64,000 bases of DNA from NCBI GenBank assembly GCA_963675525.2, contig CAXXSL010000011.1, positions 416,001 through 480,000 on the forward strand, in the 5' to 3' direction. Of the stretch, positions 40,443 to 51,493 are shown in pieces. A program made the position numbers and the translations under genes. The stretch is from Anaerohalosphaeraceae bacterium (GTDB taxonomy: Bacteria > Planctomycetota > Phycisphaerae > Sedimentisphaerales > Anaerohalosphaeraceae). The notes below the pieces were generated by a model. It was not told where the DNA came from. It searched no databases and worked only from the letters and a program-made list of their open reading frames with translations. How positions within the stretch are numbered: position 1 is the stretch's first letter; each line of letters begins with the position of its first letter.

Positions 40443-40805
40443 TCACAATGCGTGCAGCGCAGAAACAGCCGCTTCTGTGTTTTCATAAAATTCAAAAATT
40501 TTATCCAGATGGGTAATGCGAAACACCCTCGTCAATTGAGGATTGATACCGCTGATCAATAACGCCCCGCCGGCATCCTTGAGCCGACGCCAGAGATCGA
40601 CCAGCAAGCCAAGTACCTGCGAGGAGAAAAAGTAAACCTGAGAAAAATCGATCACCATTTTTTGGGGATTGGAAGGATTCAGCAACCCCCGGAGCGTTGC
40701 TGCGATATCCTCAACATTCGCCACCCCGCCCATTGATGCCTGACGAAGCGAAACAACGAGAACACCGTCAACTGTGCTTACATCTACTTGCGTCTTGTCT
40801 GTCAT
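40443..40805 (-). CDS. STAS-domain anti-sigma factor antagonist
   Basis: VIDFSQVYFFSSQVLGLLV, VFRITHLDKIF. Confidence 0.88.
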   Translation of the reverse strand: MTDKTQVDVSTVDGVLVVSLRQASMGGVANVEDIAATLRGLLNPSNPQKMVIDFSQVYFFSSQVLGLLVDLWRRLKDAGGALLISGINPQLTRVFRITHLDKIFEFYENTEAAVSALHAL

Positions 40806-40924
40806 GTCGCTTTCAAAGCTCCGGATTATTGCTTCTTTCTATAAAATAGATGATACCAGAAACCGCCTGTTTTGTCAACTACAATCACCGTAAATATGGT
40901 GAATCCGAGCATTTATAGGCCGTT

Positions 40925-41932
40925 TCAGGCCTTCCAGCAGGCCGCCAGATGCTCGTTTCCATCTTTGGAAACAAGCTCCTGTATCTCGTTTTTACAGCAG
41001 TCCTCGGCCAGCGGGCAACGCGGATGGAACGGACATCCCGAAGGCGGATTGGACGGACTGGGCACTTCACCGCCAAGAACAATCCGATGCTTTCGACGGC
41101 CCGGATCCGGCTCCGGAATCGCACTAAGCAGCGCTTGTGTGTACGGATGCAGCGGGTTGGCGTAAAGCAGGTCCCGGTCGGCATATTCGACGATCCGGCC
41201 CAGGTACATCACCGCGACAAAGTCGCTGATGTGCTCGACCACCGCCAGATCATGCGCGATAAACAGATACGTCAGGTTCAACTGCTCCTGCAGATCCTGC
41301 AGCAGATTAACAATTTGAGACTGAATCGAAACATCCAGCGCGCTAACCGGTTCGTCACAGATGATCAGTTTGGGGTCCAGCGCCAAAGCCCGGGCGATGC
41401 CGATGCGCTGGCGCTGACCGCCGGAAAACTCATGCGGATAGCGGTTAAGATGCTGGGCAGACAACCCGACTTTATTGAGCAGGTCTGCCACGCGGTCCTG
41501 GCGTTCTTTGCCGCGGGCAACCCCGTGAACACCGAGCGATTCGCCAATGATGCTCCCGACCGTCATACGCGGATTCAAAGAACCGTACGGGTCCTGAAAC
41601 ATCATCTGGATGTCGCGGCGGAGTTCCTTCATCCGCCCCTGCGGCTGAGAGAAGACATCTTCGCCGTCGAAGGCGAACGTCCCTTCGGTCGGCGGGATCA
41701 GGCGGATCATGGTTCGGCCGACGGTGGTTTTGCCGCAGCCGCTTTCACCGACCAGCCCCAGCGTTTGGCCGGGACGGATTTTGAAGCTGACGCCGTCCAC
41801 GGCTTTGACATGACCGACGATTTTACTGAAAACACCGGAGCGTATCGGAAAATACGTCTTCAGGTCTTTGACATCAACAAGATATTCACTGCTGTGTTTC
41901 ATCGTATTATAAAGCAGCAGGTCTTCATTCAT
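40925..41932 (-). CDS. Oligopeptide/dipeptide ABC ATPase (OppF/DppF-like)
   Basis: [36 protein letters not shown]; alternative start at 41902. Confidence 0.92.
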   Translation of the reverse strand: MNEDLLLYNTMKHSSEYLVDVKDLKTYFPIRSGVFSKIVGHVKAVDGVSFKIRPGQTLGLVGESGCGKTTVGRTMIRLIPPTEGTFAFDGEDVFSQPQGRMKELRRDIQMMFQDPYGSLNPRMTVGSIIGESLGVHGVARGKERQDRVADLLNKVGLSAQHLNRYPHEFSGGQRQRIGIARALALDPKLIICDEPVSALDVSIQSQIVNLLQDLQEQLNLTYLFIAHDLAVVEHISDFVAVMYLGRIVEYADRDLLYANPLHPYTQALLSAIPEPDPGRRKHRIVLGGEVPSPSNPPSGCPFHPRCPLAEDCCKNEIQELVSKDGNEHLAACWKA

Positions 41933-41939
41933 TTTTGAA

Positions 41940-42944
41940 TTATTCGCTTTTATCGTCGTAGCCCTCCGCATGCCAGCAGGCCACACTGCGGCCGGCAGCA
42001 ACCTGTTTCAACGGCGGCTCCTGTGAGCGACACCGTGAATCGTTACACCCGAGAGGGCATCGCGGATGGAACTTACAGCCATCCGGAAAATGCAGCGGAT
42101 TGGGAACACTGCCGCCGATGACATCCAGCCGTTCTTTCCTTTCACCCAGCTTCGGCAGGGATTTCAGAAGCCCGCGGGTGTACGGATGCAGCGGCTTGTC
42201 AAACAATTCTTCGGCTGAAGCCTTTTCCACCACGCGGGAGGCATACATAACGACGACCTCATCGGCATTCTCGGCCACCACGCCCAGATCATGGGTGATC
42301 ATCATAATACTCATGCCCTCCTGCCGCTGGAGAGTACGCAGCAGTTCCAGTATTTGCGCCTGGATCGTCACATCCAGCGCAGTCGTCGGCTCATCGGCAA
42401 TCAGCAGTTCCGGCCCACAGCACAGGGCCATGGCGATCATCACACGCTGACGCATACCGCCGCTCATCTGGTGAGGATATTCACCGACCCTGCGTTCGGG
42501 GTCAGCAATCCCTACTTTACGCATCATATCGACCGCGATTCCCAATGCCTCGTGACCGCTTTTTTTCTGGTGCAGTTTAACGACTTCGATAATCTGATTA
42601 CCCACGGTAAAGACCGGATTCAGACTGGTCATCGGTTCCTGGAAGATCATCGCAATATCGTTGCCGCGAATCTGGCGCATCCGGTCTTCGGAGACTTCCC
42701 GCAGCGACTCACCGTCAAATAGGATCTCGCCGTCAACGATCTTTCCCGGCGGCCATGGAATCAGCCGCATCACCGACAGCGCCGTCACGCTTTTGCCACA
42801 ACCACTTTCGCCGACGACAGCCAGTGTTTTGCCCTTGGGAATATCGAAACTGACATCCTGGACGGCTTTGACCAACCCCTGCTCCGTATAGAAATGGGTC
42901 GAAAGGTTCTTGATCGATAACAGGTTGTCGTTAGTTTGTGTCAT
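41940..42944 (-). CDS. Oligopeptide/dipeptide ABC ATPase (OppD/DppD-like)
   Basis: [38 protein letters not shown]. Confidence 0.93.
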   Translation of the reverse strand: MTQTNDNLLSIKNLSTHFYTEQGLVKAVQDVSFDIPKGKTLAVVGESGCGKSVTALSVMRLIPWPPGKIVDGEILFDGESLREVSEDRMRQIRGNDIAMIFQEPMTSLNPVFTVGNQIIEVVKLHQKKSGHEALGIAVDMMRKVGIADPERRVGEYPHQMSGGMRQRVMIAMALCCGPELLIADEPTTALDVTIQAQILELLRTLQRQEGMSIMMITHDLGVVAENADEVVVMYASRVVEKASAEELFDKPLHPYTRGLLKSLPKLGERKERLDVIGGSVPNPLHFPDGCKFHPRCPLGCNDSRCRSQEPPLKQVAAGRSVACWHAEGYDDKSE

Positions 42945-42945
42945 A

Positions 42946-43929
42946 TCAATCGGTTCTCAATTTCGGGTCCAGACAGTCCCGCAGTGCATCGCCAAATATA
43001 TTCAACGCCAGCGAAATAAAGAAGATCGCCACGGTCGCGGCGGCCATTTCCCACCAGACGTTGCGAGCCAGTTCGGTCCGTGCCGCGTCAATCATTGCTC
43101 CCCAACTGGGTTTGTCGGCCTCACCCAATCCCAGAAAGCTTAAAATCACCTCGGCATGAATGAAGCTGACAAATCGTAAGGAGAAGTTAATAATAATCAC
43201 ATGAAAAACATTCGGCAGCAGATGAATGAAAATAATCCGCCCGGAGGAGCAGCCTATCGCACGGGCGGCCAATACATATTCGCTTTCTTTGCGTTTGATG
43301 ATCTCCCCGCGAATCAGCCGGCAGATGCCAACCCAACTGGTTAAACCAATCGCCAGATAGACCGCCGTAATCCCTTTAATTTCAAGACCGAAGATCGTTC
43401 GTTCGCGCAGCACCACCGCAAAAGCCATGACCAGCAGGATATAAGGGATCGTGCTGAGTGTCGTATAAAACCAGACAATGACATCATCTACCCAGCCGCG
43501 ATAGTAACCGGCGATGGCCCCCAGCGGCACCCCGATCAACAGGCTGATGAATGACGCGCACAACGCCACGGTAATGGATGTCTTGGCGCCATATACCATC
43601 TTGCGGAAGGTTGACTGGCCGAGAAAATCCGTCCCGAAAAATGTCCAGCCTTTTTCGGGAACATCCTGCCCCTCCGGCGTCCATTCATAGTCTAACCACG
43701 GTTTCTGATAGGAAGGCCCAACGGATTGCCGCCAGTCAAACAACGAAATCTTCCATTCAAAGGCCTCATTAAGATAAATCAGTCCGGCCAGAATGAAATA
43801 CACCAGTACAATGAAAAAACATACCATCGCGAACTTGCGTTTGCGCAGGCGACGGAGCCCATCGGCCCAAAGGCTGCGGCCCTTGACCGGCTTTGAATTT
43901 TCAGTTGTCGTCGTTAAATCAGTCATCAT
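42946..43929 (-). CDS. Oligopeptide ABC permease (OppC-like)
   Basis: [39 protein letters not shown]. Confidence 0.92.
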   Translation of the reverse strand: MMTDLTTTTENSKPVKGRSLWADGLRRLRKRKFAMVCFFIVLVYFILAGLIYLNEAFEWKISLFDWRQSVGPSYQKPWLDYEWTPEGQDVPEKGWTFFGTDFLGQSTFRKMVYGAKTSITVALCASFISLLIGVPLGAIAGYYRGWVDDVIVWFYTTLSTIPYILLVMAFAVVLRERTIFGLEIKGITAVYLAIGLTSWVGICRLIRGEIIKRKESEYVLAARAIGCSSGRIIFIHLLPNVFHVIIINFSLRFVSFIHAEVILSFLGLGEADKPSWGAMIDAARTELARNVWWEMAAATVAIFFISLALNIFGDALRDCLDPKLRTD

Positions 43930-43947
43930 GTTTTAGCCGCTTCAATC

Positions 43948-44035
43948 GGGTGGCATGTCTTCTCGCCAAAGGCGAAAGGCATGGTTCGCATGGTCTAACC
44001 ATCGCTTTGGCCTACGGCCAGAAGCGATGCCACCC
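43948..44035. repeat. Palindromic REP/MITE-like insertion between oppB and oppC
   Basis: Terminal inverted repeat GGGTGGCAT...ATGCCACCC enclosing internal hairpins TCGCC-AAA-GGCGA and TGGCC-TAC-GGCCA. Confidence 0.65.
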
Positions 44036-44060
44036 AGAGAAACTGTCTTTTCTAAAAATC

Positions 44061-45212
44061 TCAGTCAAATTTCACCCGCGGGTCAACCCATGCGTAACAA
44101 ATATCTGTTAACAATGTAAAAAATGCGATCAACAACGCCAGTATGAACGTCATGGCATTCAAGACAAAAAAGTCGCGGGCGTTGATCGCCTCAATCATTA
44201 AGTACCCCAACCCCGGAATGCCGAAAAACCGCTCCAGCAATAAGGAACCGAGAATCAAATACGGAATCGATAAAACGACATTGGTCACAATCGGGATCAT
44301 AGCGTTTTTGAGGACATGTTTAAAAAGCACCTTGCGGGTGCTTAGCCCCTTGGCAAATGCCGTTCGGACATAATCGCTGCGAATCTCATCCAGCATGATC
44401 GTTCGGTAAAATCGAAGATTCGAACCCAACCCGGCAACAATGCCGATCAATGCCGGTAAAATCACACTGCAGCCCATCGGTCGATCCGGCGCGTAAAAGA
44501 TCGGAAACCAGTCCATTTTGTACGCAAAGAAATACTGGCCGAAGATAATAAAGCTTAAATAGGGGATGCTCATCCCCGCCACACACAAAATCACAATGAA
44601 ATGGTCCCACGCCGTCCCGCGCAGAAACGCAACAATTAAGGCAAAACTTATGGAAATGACCAGCGTCCCGATAAACATCGGAACCGTCAGTGCCAGCGAT
44701 GGGCCGACACCCCGACAAAGCTTCTCGCCGATCTTTTCCCGGTCCAAGGCCCGGCCGAAGTTGAACGTAAAGGCCTTTGTGAATTGAGCCAGAAATTGGC
44801 TGTCTAAATCCAACATTTTCCAAGCATTACTAATTTGCCCGCCCCATAAACGTTCCTTACATAACCCTCCAAGCCATTCTTGTTTCGCCCGTTGTCTTGC
44901 AAGAACTTTTTGATAATCTGTTACAATAACACGTTCACCATTACCAGCCTGATCAATATACTTCATCAACTCATTCGGGTCGGTAGGCTCTTGCCAGTGA
45001 TCCATTTCTAAAGGCTGATAACCCATGAACAACGGCTTGTCAAACCCGTATTCGTGGCGGATTTCGGCGATGGTTTCGGCATCGGCGTTCTTGCCGGCGA
45101 TCTGCTGGGAGATGTCGCCGCCGACCAACGTAAACAGGCAGAATGTCACCAGTAGTACGCCGATAACAATCGGGATCATATACAGCAGTCGTCGGATAAT
45201 ATACGCCGTCAT
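44061..45212 (-). CDS. Oligopeptide ABC permease (OppB-like)
   Basis: YIIRRLL, DYVRTAFAKGL, HVLKNA, ERFFGIPGLG, AWVDPR. Confidence 0.92.
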   Translation of the reverse strand: MTAYIIRRLLYMIPIVIGVLLVTFCLFTLVGGDISQQIAGKNADAETIAEIRHEYGFDKPLFMGYQPLEMDHWQEPTDPNELMKYIDQAGNGERVIVTDYQKVLARQRAKQEWLGGLCKERLWGGQISNAWKMLDLDSQFLAQFTKAFTFNFGRALDREKIGEKLCRGVGPSLALTVPMFIGTLVISISFALIVAFLRGTAWDHFIVILCVAGMSIPYLSFIIFGQYFFAYKMDWFPIFYAPDRPMGCSVILPALIGIVAGLGSNLRFYRTIMLDEIRSDYVRTAFAKGLSTRKVLFKHVLKNAMIPIVTNVVLSIPYLILGSLLLERFFGIPGLGYLMIEAINARDFFVLNAMTFILALLIAFFTLLTDICYAWVDPRVKFD

Positions 45213-47053
45213 TGGTCTTTGTTTTTTTCCTTTAACTCTTTCAGCAGCTTTTTATACGCCTTTTGATTTTCCATGTCAACCCGAATGTACTTCATATAAC
45301 CATAAAGGAACGGATGAGGTTTGTAATTTTCAAGCCATCCATGATAAAGTGTGTATTGCACACGATGGTTTGTGAAAACCGCCGAATAATCCTCCAGCAC
45401 CATGCGTTCCATCTTACGATATAATGCCGTTCGCTCAGGTCCCGGAAACATTACCTCGGCCTGTTCATACAATCGGTCGTATTCCGGATTGGAATAGAAA
45501 AACGAATTGCCCAGCGGGGCAAAATATTTCGTGGCAAACATCATCAAAACGCCCAGCGCATCCGGCGTCGAAAACCGAACTCCCCCACCGCCTAAAATCT
45601 GATGCTGTCCCTTATTCATTTTTTCCACATACGTCGGCCAGTCTGTGTAGTCATTTCTAACCTGAAGGCCAACGGCCTCAAACTGTCTTTCGATAAATTG
45701 ACCGAACTGGCGGGCAAAGGTACTTCCCCCCACATTACCAATGACCAGTTCCGGGATCGGTCCCCCCTGTATCTTTTCCGCCTCGACGATCAGTCGTTCG
45801 GCTTCCTGGGGATCATAACGCATGTAATGTTGACTCTGAATACCGGGATCATACTCATTCAGAAGCGGATGAATGATACTGTGGGCAACGCGCCAGCGAC
45901 CATTATAAAACAAGTTATTCAGTTTTTCACGATCGAGCGCACAACACAATGCTTCGCGAAGCGGCTTGTTCTTTCCCAGAACAGGATCATGCATATTAAA
46001 GCCAATATAATATAATGACGGCTGATCGGTAACGGCCAGTTGAATATTCCGCTGACGCATCTGTTCTTTGGGGCGCTGCGCATATAAATCAACGGCACTT
46101 GAAAAATTGTCTTTCGGAATCCCGGCGATGTCCAATTCTCCACGCATAAACAGCAGCCACATCGGCTGTTCTTCTTCGATGACACGGAAGATAATTCGGT
46201 CAATAAAGGGAAGCGTCTTGCCTGCGTCTGCAAGTAAACCGGCTGTTTCATCTTCAGCGGTCCCTTCCGCCGGATAAACATCCTGGCGAAAAGACGGGTT
46301 TTTGACTAGTTCCAGGTACACTCCGCGATGCCACGACTTCAACATGTAAGGCCCGGTTCCTATTGGATGAGCGAGCATATCCTTTTGATAATAATCCACG
46401 GCCTCTTTGGCGACCGGCGCGGTAATAACACTTGTCAGGTCATCGACAACCTGGGGCCAGGGTTTGATAAACTTGATCTGCAGTGTATAATCGTCAAGCG
46501 CTTTGAGACCTTCGACCTCTTCGCTGTAATCGACTTCAAATTCATTTTTAAACTGTTTGGTGTATTCACGGAAATCATCCAGACCGATGATCCGCTCCTT
46601 AAAGCTGCCCCATTGTGTACTTGCATACCGGACATTCGCAATGCGTTTAAAGGCAAAAACGAAATCCTGCGCCTTCAGCTCTCTCCCCTTTCCGTTCGGA
46701 AAGCACGGATCATCCTGAAAATAGACCCCTTGTTTTATCCTGATCGTATAGGTCAGCTTGTCTTCACTAATATCCGGCATTCCATCGGCAAGAAGCGGTT
46801 CGATCACAAAGGGACGCTTCAGGTAGTGGTAGGTATAAAGCGACTCACATATCTGCGAAGCGATCAGGCTGCCGTAAACATCTTCAATGTTTCCGGTATC
46901 CAGATTTTTCACCTTCGCGACAAGAGAAAACCGGAAGACAGATTCGTCAGAAACACCCTCGGGGGCTTTTTTTCGGCAGCCGCTGACAATAAGCAAGATG
47001 ATGCAAACCACCGTCAAAAGCAACCAACTCAATTGTTGTGCAAATCGGTTCAT
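45209..47053 (-). CDS. ABC substrate-binding lipoprotein, family 5 (OppA-like), paralog 2
   Basis: Lipobox VSGC, YHYLKRP, HPIGTGPY. Confidence 0.9.
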   Translation of the reverse strand: MNRFAQQLSWLLLTVVCIILLIVSGCRKKAPEGVSDESVFRFSLVAKVKNLDTGNIEDVYGSLIASQICESLYTYHYLKRPFVIEPLLADGMPDISEDKLTYTIRIKQGVYFQDDPCFPNGKGRELKAQDFVFAFKRIANVRYASTQWGSFKERIIGLDDFREYTKQFKNEFEVDYSEEVEGLKALDDYTLQIKFIKPWPQVVDDLTSVITAPVAKEAVDYYQKDMLAHPIGTGPYMLKSWHRGVYLELVKNPSFRQDVYPAEGTAEDETAGLLADAGKTLPFIDRIIFRVIEEEQPMWLLFMRGELDIAGIPKDNFSSAVDLYAQRPKEQMRQRNIQLAVTDQPSLYYIGFNMHDPVLGKNKPLREALCCALDREKLNNLFYNGRWRVAHSIIHPLLNEYDPGIQSQHYMRYDPQEAERLIVEAEKIQGGPIPELVIGNVGGSTFARQFGQFIERQFEAVGLQVRNDYTDWPTYVEKMNKGQHQILGGGGVRFSTPDALGVLMMFATKYFAPLGNSFFYSNPEYDRLYEQAEVMFPGPERTALYRKMERMVLEDYSAVFTNHRVQYTLYHGWLENYKPHPFLYGYMKYIRVDMENQKAYKKLLKELKEKNKDQ

Positions 47054-47056
47054 CTG

Positions 47057-48910
47057 TTATTTGAATGTCTTTCTATATTCGTCGCGTTTTTTCGCATCGA
47101 TTTTATAGTATTTTAACTTTCCGAACCCAATTGTATCGGCTTTATACGGGTCCGGCTTGAGATTTTCCAGCCAGGCATGATGTATGATATACCCCACCTG
47201 GTGGTAGATAAAAGCACTCGGCATTTCCTCCACGACAATACGCTGGGCCCGCCGGTAAAGTTCGGTTCGCTCGGGGCAGTCCGGCATGACCGACACCCGC
47301 TCATAGATCGCGTCAAATTCGGGGTTGCTGAAGCTGGTATTGTTCGGCCAGGAGGCGTTTGGGGTATAATAACAACTCAGAAAACTTTCCGCATCGGGAT
47401 AATCCGCCATCCAGCCGGTAAAGAACATCTGCATACCGCTCGTTCGCAGTTTTTCCAGGAATGTGGGCCAGTCAAATAACTCGATCTCGACCTCCAGACC
47501 GATCTCGGAAAGACTGCGGCTTAAGAATTGCAGCGTTTGCTTTTGTTTGGTACCCGTTCGGCCAATGGCCATCCGCAGTTTGGGAATGGGACCTCCGTTT
47601 ATTTTTTCAGCCTCTTTCAAACAGGCTTTGGCCTTTTCAAGGTCAAACCGGCACGGTGACCAGTCTTTAATGCTTTCATCGTACCCGGCCATGATCAGCG
47701 GAATGAATCCAAAAGCGGGCTTGCCCTTGCTGCTTTCAATGATGTCAATGAATCTTTCGCGGTCGATGGCATAATTGATGGCATACCGCAACGGCTTGTT
47801 GTGGCCGAGGATCGGATCATTCATGTTCATCGAAAGCCAAAACGTGCTTGGTTCATCGAATAATTTCAGTACCATCTGCCGCTGCTTCATTTCCTCCGTC
47901 AGTTCGGTTCCCATGGAGACCGCCTGCCCAAAGTTATCCTTGGGGATCGAGTTGATGTCAATATCCCCCCGCATCAACAGCAGCCATCGCGGCTGGTCCT
48001 CAACAATAACCCGCCAGAAAACACGGTCGATAAACGGCACTTGTTTGCCTGCATCGGCCAGCAAGCCCGCCTCCGCGTCGCCTGGATTTCCTTCGGAGGG
48101 GTAAAAATCCTGCCGGTAATTGGGATTGCGAACGGCTTCCAGATAAACCCCGCGGTGCCATTGCTTTAAAATAAACGGACCTGTGCCGACCGGATGCTTG
48201 ACAATGTCTTCCATGTAATAATCGACCGCCTCTTTTGCCATTGGGACCGTCGGCAGAAAGGCCAGCCAATAGATCAACTGCGGCCACGGACGGTTCAATT
48301 TGATAACAAAGGTAAAATCATCTTCAGCATAAAGCCCCTCAACCGGACGGGCATAATCGACCCCATCCTTCGAACAGGTCTTGGTATAGTTCCGAAAATC
48401 ATCCAGTCCCACGATTCGGCCCTTAAAAATATACCAATTTTTGCTTTTGACTTTAACATCAGCAAGACGTTTAAAGGCAAACACAAAATCATGCGCCGTA
48501 AGCTGGCGCCCCTTGCCATCCGGAAAACAAGGATCATCATGGAAGTAGACGCCTTTTTTGACGGGAATGCGATAGGTCTTTCCGTCGTCGCGAATATCAG
48601 GCATTCCATCGGCCAACTCAGGAATAATCTGCTGGGGACGTTTGAGGTAATGATAACCGTAAAGGGATTCATGAAATTCCCTGCAGACGCCATCCGAGGT
48701 CGTATCGCCAACATTCGCCGGATCCAGTGTCTGGATCTTGGCTTCGATTCGTTCATTGAGTACAACTTCCTGCCCGTCCGGTGAAGATGCCTTTTGTTTG
48801 CACGAGAGGGAGAAAAGAAACAGGAAACCAAACACGCCGGACAGTAGAACTTTATAAAGAAGCGTCCTGCGATGTGCTTTCGGAATGTTCAGGGACGAAA
48901 CGTTTTGCAT
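47057..48910 (-). CDS. ABC substrate-binding lipoprotein, family 5 (OppA-like), paralog 1
   Basis: Lipobox SLSC, TLDPA, YHYLKRP, HPVGTGPF. Confidence 0.9.
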   Translation of the reverse strand: MQNVSSLNIPKAHRRTLLYKVLLSGVFGFLFLFSLSCKQKASSPDGQEVVLNERIEAKIQTLDPANVGDTTSDGVCREFHESLYGYHYLKRPQQIIPELADGMPDIRDDGKTYRIPVKKGVYFHDDPCFPDGKGRQLTAHDFVFAFKRLADVKVKSKNWYIFKGRIVGLDDFRNYTKTCSKDGVDYARPVEGLYAEDDFTFVIKLNRPWPQLIYWLAFLPTVPMAKEAVDYYMEDIVKHPVGTGPFILKQWHRGVYLEAVRNPNYRQDFYPSEGNPGDAEAGLLADAGKQVPFIDRVFWRVIVEDQPRWLLLMRGDIDINSIPKDNFGQAVSMGTELTEEMKQRQMVLKLFDEPSTFWLSMNMNDPILGHNKPLRYAINYAIDRERFIDIIESSKGKPAFGFIPLIMAGYDESIKDWSPCRFDLEKAKACLKEAEKINGGPIPKLRMAIGRTGTKQKQTLQFLSRSLSEIGLEVEIELFDWPTFLEKLRTSGMQMFFTGWMADYPDAESFLSCYYTPNASWPNNTSFSNPEFDAIYERVSVMPDCPERTELYRRAQRIVVEEMPSAFIYHQVGYIIHHAWLENLKPDPYKADTIGFGKLKYYKIDAKKRDEYRKTFK

Positions 48911-48950
48911 CTCTTCCTGCGGGAGTTTCCGTGTTTAATTCAAGATTTGT

Positions 48951-50093
48951 TTATTCTTCCGTATCGGTGATCTTTGCCGGAGGCGCAGGCATCTGAGGCG
49001 GTTCGGTCAGCGGCTTGCCGGAGGCGTCTTTGCCATATTCAAATTGATAAATCATGGCTAAATCCCCCTTCCGCAAGCGGTCGCCAAAGATCGATTCGTA
49101 TTCACGGTCCAAGCGTGAGTTCTGCTGAATCGCCCTCGATACACCCGTCTGCGGAATATTGAGCATTTTGGCAAGTACCTCCTTGTCAACTTCCAGGATC
49201 ACTGTAACAGCCGCTTCGATCTGCCAGTCCGAAAGAACGTCTTGCCCCATCTGGTACCGCTGAAATACAAGCGCATACAACCGGGCAAATTGACGGGCAA
49301 ATGACGCTTTGACAGCTTCGTCTTCCTGAATCATCGCGATATTCCCCATCGCGATAAGCAGTTTGGTATCTACCTCCTCGCTTTCAACCGACCAATTCAT
49401 ATACGATTCGATACGCCTTTCGGCAATGGTCTGAAGAATCTCTCGAGCCGTCGGGTGATCGATCACTCCGGCAAAATTAATGATCATTACCATAATGTCC
49501 GCCTGCTGCTCAAAGACAATACGCCCTTTAAGACCATTTAAAATCGCAGCCTTGGCGTCTTCATCAGCCGTCACTTCGGAAGACAACGCCTGGATCACAC
49601 CGGAGTTGGTCACAGCTCTGACAGCCCAATACCGAATGACCGGGTCACCATCATCCAGACGGCTTAATGCCAATTCAGCCAATTCGGGATCTTTCAGTTG
49701 TGCGGTCAGGATCATCAGATTCTGTTCAAGCATCTGCTTCTTCACGGGATCATCTATCCGCTGAGCGTTTTGAAAGGCGACCTTGAGACTCTCATTCGCA
49801 CCTGAAATATAAGCGGAAGTGTAAAAGGAAAGAGGCATCGAACCTTTCTGCTCTTCGATTTGTCTGCGAATCTCCACCACTTCCTGCGAATCATCAGACA
49901 GCAGCATTGTGTTGATCGCTTTATCCCAGAACTTTGTAATGAGACCGAGATCGGTGCTGTCAAGCTCAGAGCGGCTTGCCTCGTTACGAAGCCGCACCTC
50001 GCTAATTTCTGTTACGTCAATCGCATAAAGGCAGGGAGCCATAATAAAAAGAAGACTCAAACAGACAAGAATTCGCTTCATTTTTTTGTCCAA
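48951..50093 (-). CDS. Exported helical (HEAT-repeat-like) hypothetical protein
   Basis: Signal peptide; LDDGDPVIRYWAVRAV HEAT-like motif; first gene of the ABC operon. Confidence 0.75.
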   Translation of the reverse strand: MDKKMKRILVCLSLLFIMAPCLYAIDVTEISEVRLRNEASRSELDSTDLGLITKFWDKAINTMLLSDDSQEVVEIRRQIEEQKGSMPLSFYTSAYISGANESLKVAFQNAQRIDDPVKKQMLEQNLMILTAQLKDPELAELALSRLDDGDPVIRYWAVRAVTNSGVIQALSSEVTADEDAKAAILNGLKGRIVFEQQADIMVMIINFAGVIDHPTAREILQTIAERRIESYMNWSVESEEVDTKLLIAMGNIAMIQEDEAVKASFARQFARLYALVFQRYQMGQDVLSDWQIEAAVTVILEVDKEVLAKMLNIPQTGVSRAIQQNSRLDREYESIFGDRLRKGDLAMIYQFEYGKDASGKPLTEPPQMPAPPAKITDTEE

Positions 50094-50559
50094 TTCTAAA
50101 ATAATCGAATAAATCCGTTAAACACCAAAGGTTCAGGAAGAATACATCAGTGTGTATAATCTGTCAAGAAAATTCATTTCTCAAGGACCTGAGAGTCTTT
50201 TTTATATAATAAGAACAGAAAACCAAGCGAAAACAAATACGCCACATTTGTTAATATAGGAATTTTAGATAGTTTATTTAATATTTTAATCCAGATAAAC
50301 ACTTATAAATAAACCGTTTTATTGGACCACAATATTCGCTGTTTCAATCGTATCTCTTTTTATTATATTAACTTATCTAATATTTTCTGAATCAATATCA
50401 TGCTGAACTCAAAAACATTCCTTTCCTATTTTATCTAAAGTTTTTTATGACAGTATTCCGATTTAACACCCATAACGCCCATATTACCTATTTTAACATT
50501 TAATAAAGAAAGAGTTGACCATGAGAAATAGCCAAATTAACATGAATGAGAGGAACCAA

Positions 50560-51288
50560 ATGAATAATGAGCTGATTCTTGAGCGTTACATGCGTGCCCT
50601 ATTAACCGGAGACAGAAATCAATGCCGAACTGTCATCGAGGAAGCTCTTCAGGCCGGAACAACCGCACACAAAGTCTATATGGACATTATTTGGCCCATC
50701 ATGGTCGATATCGACAAGCTTTATCGCGAAGACAAAATCGATTCGGCGCAGGAAGCGTTTGCTTCTCGAATTAACCGTTCAATCGTCAACCAGCTCCAGA
50801 ACAAGCTGCCCCGCCGTCCCGGGAAGACCAAAAAGATTGTTATCGTAACCGAATCCTCAGAGCAGGGCGAACTGGGCGGCCAAATGCTGAACGACCTTTT
50901 TGAAAGCGACGGCTGGAACTGTCGTTTTCTGGGCGGAACGGTCAACAATGACGACATTCTATCATTTGTTCATAGTTATGCTCCGGATGTTTTGCTTTTA
51001 TACGGCTACAATGGGAGTGATGCCCCCACGATACGGCAGTTGATCGATACGATCCGCGGTGTTAACGCATTTCCTGAAATGCGAATCATGCTTTCCGGCG
51101 GGATCTTTTCACGTGCAGAAGGCCTCTGGGAAGAAATCGGTGCGGACCTGTATGCGGAGACCGCCTCTGAAGCGGTCAACATGGCACAATTACCGCAGGA
51201 CCGAGTACCGCAACCGACACGTATGATCAAGCAGCGTTACCAGACCAATATGGCCGAATCGGAAGAGCTTGAAATTTCCGTCACCTAA
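50560..51288 (+). CDS. Cobalamin-binding-like protein (helical cap plus Rossmann B12 domain)
   Basis: ALLTGD..VYMDIIWPIM cap; ELGGQML..GWNCRFLG, IMLSGG, IGADLYA; ATG 50560 after GAGAGGA. Confidence 0.8.
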   Translation: MNNELILERYMRALLTGDRNQCRTVIEEALQAGTTAHKVYMDIIWPIMVDIDKLYREDKIDSAQEAFASRINRSIVNQLQNKLPRRPGKTKKIVIVTESSEQGELGGQMLNDLFESDGWNCRFLGGTVNNDDILSFVHSYAPDVLLLYGYNGSDAPTIRQLIDTIRGVNAFPEMRIMLSGGIFSRAEGLWEEIGADLYAETASEAVNMAQLPQDRVPQPTRMIKQRYQTNMAESEELEISVT

Positions 51289-51493
51289 AGGATTCTCTTT
51301 TTCTTCAGTACTCTTTGTTGAAAATGCCGGCGGGTTTTCCTGCCGGCATTCTCAACAAAAAAAGACCTGTATTGGTGGCTAATAAAAAACTTATAAAATA
51401 TTTGCATTGACCCCGGTAAATCGCTATAAGTGAACCCTTGTTTGTTCGGATGAAATACTTAATTCTATTATTATTGATTTTGGCAGTGTACAA

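Noticed and set aside
3176..41938. Long antisense ORFs such as 3176..4720, 27355..28692 and 40949..41938
   Set aside because: They are shadows on the opposite strand of leuS, rho and the oppF-like gene with no independent protein motifs.
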